DNA of 64,000 bases, taken from a virus. The notes below the pieces were generated by a model that had not been told where the DNA came from, ran no database searches, and saw only the letters and a program-made list of their open reading frames with translations. The position numbers and the translations under genes are program-made. Positions 58,940 through 64,000 of the stretch are shown piece by piece. The stretch is taken from positions 32,001 through 96,000 of IMG/VR virus record IMGVR_UViG_3300009183_000050, one strand, 5' to 3'. How positions within the stretch are numbered: the stretch's first letter is position 1; each line of letters starts with the position of its first letter.

Positions 58940-61153
58940 ATGTCGGAACAGAACATCCAGTCCAAATCGCAATTAGCCAAGCTGCTGGCGACCGAGAACA
59001 TCTCGTTCCAGCATGATCCTTCGGCTCGAACTGCCTACTTTGACGTTAAAAACCGTATCTTGGTTCTTCCAGTTTGGCAGAACATTTCAAACGACCTTTA
59101 TGATATGTTGGTCGTTCATGAGGTGGGCCATGCTCTTGATACACCGGCTGATGGCTGGATGAATGCCATTGATAGCATTGCTCAGAATGTCCACGGTTCG
59201 AAAAACCAAAAGTATCAAAGTGCTATCAAAGGCTTCCTCAATGTTGTTGAAGATGCCCGTATCGATAAGCGCCAGAAGCGCCGGTATCCAGGTGCCAAGC
59301 GTAACTACATTGTTGGCTACAAAGAACTGATCGAACGTGACTTCTTTGGCACTTCCAAAAAGAATGCCAATGATATGTCTTTCATCGACCGCTTGAATAT
59401 GTATTTCAAGGGCGGTTCAATGGGCACCTTGGGTCGTATCATCTTCAGTAAAGAAGAAGCACCTTTCGTCAAGCGGGTTGAAAACGCCGAGACCTTCGAA
59501 GATGTTGTCGCCTTGACCGAAGAGATTTATCGTTTCTCGAAGGACAAAGGCGAAGAACAGCAACAGCAGATGGAAGATTTCCGTATGGCTGAAGGCGAAG
59601 AAGATGGTGATGACCTCGAAGAAGGTGATGACTTCGATTTTGATGATGATGTAGAAGAAACCGAAACCGATGGTTCTGGTTCTGATGAAGGTGACTCCGA
59701 AGATGAGTCTGAGGAAGAAGATGGTTCACCTTCTGATAAGAAGGATGAACCTAAAGATTCCGAAGAAGAAGAAGAAAAAGGTCAAACCTCTAATGAAGGT
59801 GCTGGCCCTACCGATGGAGACTTTGTTCCTCAATCTGAGACTGAAAAGGCTTGGGAAGAAAACATCTCAAACATTGTCGCCGATGATAACATCAACTATA
59901 TCTACATGAACCTTCCTAAACCTAATCTCGATAATATTGTTGATGATTATAAGATTGTTCTCAAGGCAATGGAAGCCGAACTCCTCTCTCGCGGTCCTGA
60001 AGCCTTCAAGACTGTTACTGAAGAATTTGGTAAGTTTAAGGCTGAAGAAAACTCCACCATTTCTTACATGGTGAAAGAATTTGAAAGCCGAAAATCTGCT
60101 GAGGCCTATTCGAAGATTTCGGTTGCTAAGACCGGTGTCATTGATACCAACAAGCTTCACTCTTATCGGTACAATGATGATATCTTCCGCCGCTTGGCTA
60201 CTCTGCCTAACGGTAAAAACCACGGCTTCATCATGTTCCTCGATTGGTCTGGTTCTATGATCGACAACATGTCCAAGACCGTCAAGCAACTGATCAGCCT
60301 GACCATGTTCTGTAAGCGGGTTCAGATTCCGTTCGAAGTCTACTTCTTCCGTGACCCTTGCTATACTGACGGTGATCACATTAAAACTTCTTTCAATCCC
60401 GATCCAAAGGCGTTTAAGTTAAACAACTTCCGCTTGCGGAACATCCTTTCGTCTCGGATGAACCTGACGGAATTGAACAAGGCTTATAGTCTCTTGTGGT
60501 ATGCGGGCCGCCGATATAGTGTTTATCGTTGTGATGCTATGAACGGCACGCCTCTCAACCAAGCTATCATTGCCGCTGAAGGTCTGGTTAATGATTTTCG
60601 CAAGCGGAACAAGCTGGAGATCGTCAACACGGTCTTTTTGACTGACGGTGATTCCAACTGCATTGGTTACCCTGATGTAAGTAATGCACCTTATAAACCA
60701 AAAGGTAACCGTTACATTCTAAAAGATGATGTAATGAAAAAAGAATATAACCTCGGTAAGAGTTTGTATTCTGATGATGTAACCAACTCTTTACTTCGCA
60801 TCTTGAAAGACCGCACAGGTTCAAACCTGATTGGTTTCTTCCTTGCTAGTGATAGTCTGCGTCACCTCGTGTATAAAATCTTCGGTTATGGCGCTGATAT
60901 TACCAAATACACCGAAAGCTGGAAGAAAAACAAGTTCTTGCTTGTCCAATCTAAAGGTTATGATGACTACTACATCATCAATGCTAAAGAAATGGATATC
61001 TCGAAGCTTGACTACTCTATCGATACCGACAACATGAGCCGCGCCAAGATGGCTAAGGAGTTCATGAAGTTTTCTGAAAAGAAGTCCGTGAACCGTGTCC
61101 TCTTGAGCCGTTTCATTGAAAAGATTTCTTCCCAAAGCAAGAAAGTGGCTTGA
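58940..61153 (+). CDS. CobT-like protein: HExxH metallopeptidase-like N-domain, acidic linker, VWA domain
   Basis: 'HEVGHAL', 'NVVEDARI', MIDAS 'LDWSGSM', 'GTPL', 'FLTDG'. Confidence 0.85.
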   Translation: MSEQNIQSKSQLAKLLATENISFQHDPSARTAYFDVKNRILVLPVWQNISNDLYDMLVVHEVGHALDTPADGWMNAIDSIAQNVHGSKNQKYQSAIKGFLNVVEDARIDKRQKRRYPGAKRNYIVGYKELIERDFFGTSKKNANDMSFIDRLNMYFKGGSMGTLGRIIFSKEEAPFVKRVENAETFEDVVALTEEIYRFSKDKGEEQQQQMEDFRMAEGEEDGDDLEEGDDFDFDDDVEETETDGSGSDEGDSEDESEEEDGSPSDKKDEPKDSEEEEEKGQTSNEGAGPTDGDFVPQSETEKAWEENISNIVADDNINYIYMNLPKPNLDNIVDDYKIVLKAMEAELLSRGPEAFKTVTEEFGKFKAEENSTISYMVKEFESRKSAEAYSKISVAKTGVIDTNKLHSYRYNDDIFRRLATLPNGKNHGFIMFLDWSGSMIDNMSKTVKQLISLTMFCKRVQIPFEVYFFRDPCYTDGDHIKTSFNPDPKAFKLNNFRLRNILSSRMNLTELNKAYSLLWYAGRRYSVYRCDAMNGTPLNQAIIAAEGLVNDFRKRNKLEIVNTVFLTDGDSNCIGYPDVSNAPYKPKGNRYILKDDVMKKEYNLGKSLYSDDVTNSLLRILKDRTGSNLIGFFLASDSLRHLVYKIFGYGADITKYTESWKKNKFLLVQSKGYDDYYIINAKEMDISKLDYSIDTDNMSRAKMAKEFMKFSEKKSVNRVLLSRFIEKISSQSKKVA

Positions 61154-61178
61154 CAAAGCCACCTTTACCGTCTATAAT
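61150..61178 (+). promoter_or_regulatory. Consensus sigma70 promoter
   Basis: TTGACA-17-TATAAT; the -35 overlaps the stop of the CobT-like gene. Confidence 0.85.
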
Positions 61179-61212
61179 ACATATATGATTGATTGAAACA
61201 GGGAAACTGACC

Positions 61213-62433
61213 ATGCCTAAGTTAGCTAATCGTGACGCCTTCCTCGCCGCCGTCAAATCGACCTACGGTGATATCGAAACCATTGACCGCTCTAAGGTCA
61301 TCAATATCTGCTCGACCTACAATATGGATCTTCCAAACTGGCTATTGAATGACACCAGTCGCCGTGTCGCTCGTGGTGTCTATTCTCTGACCGGTGTGGT
61401 TGCTTCGACTGCTGAGAAGCCTGTCAAAGTGAAACCGGTGGCTGGTGTTCGAGCCACTGTTCCGATGGCTTCACAGCCTGTCGAAATTCTTGTCGCCGCG
61501 GAAATGGCCGCTACTATCTTGCAGATGAATCCTCAGGCCGAAACCTTCACTCTGATTCCTTCGAAGGCCACTGGCTATGTGCCATTCGGCAACTTCAATG
61601 ATGTTCGCCAGATTTTGAAGTCTGGTAAATTCTATCCCATGTATATCACTGGTCTGTCTGGTAACGGTAAGACCATGATGGTCGAGCAAGTGTGCGCTCA
61701 GGAAAAACGTGAACTGGTTCGCACTAACATCACCATCGAAACCGATGAAGATGACTTGCTCGGTGGTTTCCGCTTGCAAGATGGTAAGACGGTCTGGCAG
61801 AATGGTCCAGTCGTGGTCGCCATGGAACGTGGCGCCGTCCTGTTGCTTGATGAGGTTGACCTTGGCTCTAACAAGCTAATGTGCTTGCAACCTGTCCTCG
61901 AAGGCAAGCCTATCTACCTGAAGAAGGTCAACAAGGTGATCACGCCAGCCCCTGGTTTCACCATTGTGGCGACCGCCAACACCAAGGGTAAAGGTTCTGA
62001 TGACGGTCGCTTTATCGGCACCAACGTGATGAACGAAGCCTTCCTTGAGCGTTTCTCGATCACGATGGAACAGGAATATCCCTCGATCAAGGTTGAGCAG
62101 AAGATTGTGGCCAATGCTCTTGGTGCCAACGGCATTGCTGATAATGACTTTGTTGAAAAGCTTGTCACTTGGGCTGATGTAATCCGTAAGTCTTTCTATG
62201 AAGGTGCGGTCTCCGAGATCATCTCGACTCGCCGTCTGGTTCATATCTGTGAAGCCTATGCCATCTTCAACCAAGACCGTGAGAAAGCAATCCAGCTTTG
62301 CTTGAACCGCTTCGATATTGATACCAAGAACTCTTTCCTCGACCTCTACAAGAAGCTGGATGCCAGCCTGTCTCCTCTTCCCGAAGAAGAAACAAAAACC
62401 GAAACACAGGCCGATCCTGAGATCGCCTTCTGA
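61213..62433 (+). CDS. CobS/MoxR-like AAA+ ATPase
   Basis: Walker A 'GLSGNGKT', 'LLLDEVD', 'ATANTKGKGSDDGRF', 'NEAFLERF', 'ISTRRL'. Probable ATG start at 61213. Confidence 0.9.
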   Translation: MPKLANRDAFLAAVKSTYGDIETIDRSKVINICSTYNMDLPNWLLNDTSRRVARGVYSLTGVVASTAEKPVKVKPVAGVRATVPMASQPVEILVAAEMAATILQMNPQAETFTLIPSKATGYVPFGNFNDVRQILKSGKFYPMYITGLSGNGKTMMVEQVCAQEKRELVRTNITIETDEDDLLGGFRLQDGKTVWQNGPVVVAMERGAVLLLDEVDLGSNKLMCLQPVLEGKPIYLKKVNKVITPAPGFTIVATANTKGKGSDDGRFIGTNVMNEAFLERFSITMEQEYPSIKVEQKIVANALGANGIADNDFVEKLVTWADVIRKSFYEGAVSEIISTRRLVHICEAYAIFNQDREKAIQLCLNRFDIDTKNSFLDLYKKLDASLSPLPEEETKTETQADPEIAF

Positions 62434-62436
62434 GAT

Positions 62437-62522
62437 TGACGGGGGCTCCTTTCTCCCTCGTCATAAACTCCACGATGGCGGATTGGTCACCTGCCATCGT
62501 GGAGACTTTTATTTGAGTGACC
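62437..62522 (+). ncRNA. Structured intergenic leader: two hairpins, possible pseudoknot
   Basis: tgacggggg/ccctcgtca stem; perfect 12-bp stem ctccacgatggc/gccatcgtggag whose loop GGTCAC complements GTGACC at 62517-62522. Confidence 0.5.
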
Positions 62523-62544
62523 TTTCATTATGGAGAAAAATTAC

Positions 62545-62757
62545 ATGTCACAGTTAGCAAAAATCGAAAAGTACCTTCGCAGCAATTCTACTGGCGCAGG
62601 CGTAACCCCACAAAAGCTGGCTAAGCTGGCTGGTGTTACCAAAGAGGTTGTCTATAAGCGCATCTCCGACCTTCGCAATCTGCGTGGTGAGACCATCTAT
62701 AGCAACCATCGGACTGTCAAAGGTCAGAAGCAACTTTTCTACCGCATCGCCGCATAA
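62545..62757 (+). CDS. Small (winged) helix-turn-helix protein
   Basis: 'VTPQKLAKLAGVTKEVVYKRISDLR..GETIYSN...YRI'; GGAG RBS at 62532. Confidence 0.7.
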   Translation: MSQLAKIEKYLRSNSTGAGVTPQKLAKLAGVTKEVVYKRISDLRNLRGETIYSNHRTVKGQKQLFYRIAA

Positions 62758-62775
62758 TTTTTCTGATTGATCTAA

Positions 62776-62809
62776 AAAGGGATGCTATATATCTGTGTAG
62801 CATCCCTTT
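62776..62809 (+). terminator. Hairpin / possible bidirectional terminator
   Basis: aaagggatgcta...tagcatcccttt inverted repeat. Confidence 0.6.
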
Positions 62810-62833
62810 CGTCATATTTTAGGAGTGATCATT

Positions 62834-63652
62834 ATGGAATTATCTATCAGCGTTGAAAGTCTACGCAAACACAAACTGTTTGTAGCCACCCCCATGTATG
62901 GCGGTAACTGCAACGGTCTCTACATGAAAGCATGTCTCGACCTCCAAGGTCTATGCTCACAATACGGCATCGAGGTCCGTTTCTCTTTCCTCTTCAACGA
63001 ATCCCTTATTACCCGCGCTCGAAACTATCTGGTAGATGAGTTCCTTCGCTCCGGTTACACTCACCTTCTCTTCATTGATTCGGACATTCTCTTCAATCCA
63101 CAGGACGTATTGGCCTTGATGGCTCTGGACAAAGATGTTATCGGCGGTCCATATCCAAAGAAGTCCATCAACTGGAGGAATGTCTTTAGAGCCGCTAAAC
63201 GGGTGATCGAAGATACAAACATCGACCAAGAGAAGTTCAATCCAGGTGAACTCGAAGGTGTTACCGGCGAGTATGTATTCAATGCGGTTCCTGGAACCAC
63301 ACAGTTCAAGGTTTCTGAACCTCTTGAGGTCATGGAAATCGGCACTGGCTTCATGCTTATCAAGCAGGCGGTGTTCACCAAGTTTGCTGAAGAGTATCCA
63401 CACTTGAACTACAAGCCAGACCATGCAGGTCAGGCCAACTTCGATGGTTCAAGGTATATCCATGCATACTTCGACACCGTGATCGATCCAGACAGCCACC
63501 GTTACCTCTCTGAGGACTATATGTTCTGTCAGTATTGGAGAGCGATTGGAGGCTCTATCTGGCTCTGCCCATGGATGCGAACACAGCATGTAGGCACCTA
63601 TGCCTTCACGGGTGATATGAATGCAATCGCGGCTCTAACCGGGAATCTCTAA
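62834..63652 (+). CDS. GT-A-fold glycosyltransferase-like protein
   Basis: 'VATPMYGG', 'ESLITRARN', DxD motif 'LLFIDSDI', 'GTGFMLI', 'YLSEDYMFC', 'HVG'. Confidence 0.75.
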   Translation: MELSISVESLRKHKLFVATPMYGGNCNGLYMKACLDLQGLCSQYGIEVRFSFLFNESLITRARNYLVDEFLRSGYTHLLFIDSDILFNPQDVLALMALDKDVIGGPYPKKSINWRNVFRAAKRVIEDTNIDQEKFNPGELEGVTGEYVFNAVPGTTQFKVSEPLEVMEIGTGFMLIKQAVFTKFAEEYPHLNYKPDHAGQANFDGSRYIHAYFDTVIDPDSHRYLSEDYMFCQYWRAIGGSIWLCPWMRTQHVGTYAFTGDMNAIAALTGNL

Positions 63653-64000
63653 TGATCATAGGCGTTGTCGGATTCTTAGGATCAGGCAAGGGGACGGCGG
63701 GTGATATCCTAATCGAACAACATGGATACACCCGCGTGTCTTTTGCTGATGCACTCAAAGATGCTGTATCGGTTATCTTTGATTGGCCAAGGGACCTTCT
63801 CGAAGGTGATACCGAAACCAGCCGTATCTTCCGTGAGACGAGAGATAAGTGGTGGTCAGAGAGGTTTGGTTATGACGTAACACCTCGATACATGCTTCAG
63901 CTTATGGGAACCGAGGCTGGTCGAGATGTATTCAATGAGAACCTTTGGGTTCACACTGTCGCCAAGCGCATCCGTTCTATGCAGGATAATGAGTCAAAGG
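63652..64000 (+). CDS. Deoxynucleoside monophosphate kinase (gp1-like), 3'-truncated by window edge
   Basis: MIIGVVGFLGSGKGTAGD...SFADALKD...TPRYMLQLMGTEAGR. Confidence 0.9.
   Translation, partial: MIIGVVGFLGSGKGTAGDILIEQHGYTRVSFADALKDAVSVIFDWPRDLLEGDTETSRIFRETRDKWWSERFGYDVTPRYMLQLMGTEAGRDVFNENLWVHTVAKRIRSMQDNESK

Noticed and set aside
591-63424. Many short minus-strand and alternative-frame ORFs in the track (e.g. 20694..21002, 44896..45168, 59867..60379)
   Set aside because: They lie within well-supported plus-strand genes, mirror low-complexity repeats or codon bias, and show no recognisable motifs.
1-64000. tRNA/rRNA genes, integrase or transposase, and alternative genetic code
   Set aside because: No cloverleaf or recombinase motifs were seen by eye, and core genes translate full-length with the standard code. 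A tRNA scan was not run.

Overview
The window is a 64-kb segment of a large T4-like myovirus genome. Nearly all credible genes are on the + strand and use the standard genetic code. From left to right: baseplate genes (gp7-like, gp8, and a 2211-aa VrlC/DUF4815-type protein with an internal Hint/mini-intein); a ~23-kb accessory block (10.3-33.2 kb) of modular fibre, tailspike, lectin and chaperone genes, including a Gly-X-Thr collagen-like fibre and a GT4 glycosyltransferase-methyltransferase fusion; the core neck/tail/packaging/head cluster (gp13-gp23, gp3), interspersed with putative capsid-packaged proteins including a VIP2-like ADP-ribosyltransferase; then uvsY, uvsW, gp55, gp47, gp46, a DUF4338/DruA-like gene, CobT/CobS-like genes, a small HTH gene with a structured leader, a GT-A-like gene and the start of dNMP kinase. 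T4-type late promoters (TATAAATA) occur through the structural region and sigma70-type promoters through the right end. The most notable candidates are (i) a Hint domain inside the large baseplate protein, (ii) recurring N-terminal 'plug' and 'socket' motifs suggesting a branched, modular fibre tree, (iii) a collagen fibre plus glycosyl/methyl-transferase module suggesting virion glycosylation, and (iv) a set of capsid-targeted proteins. All family assignments come from motif recognition by eye; no database search was run.
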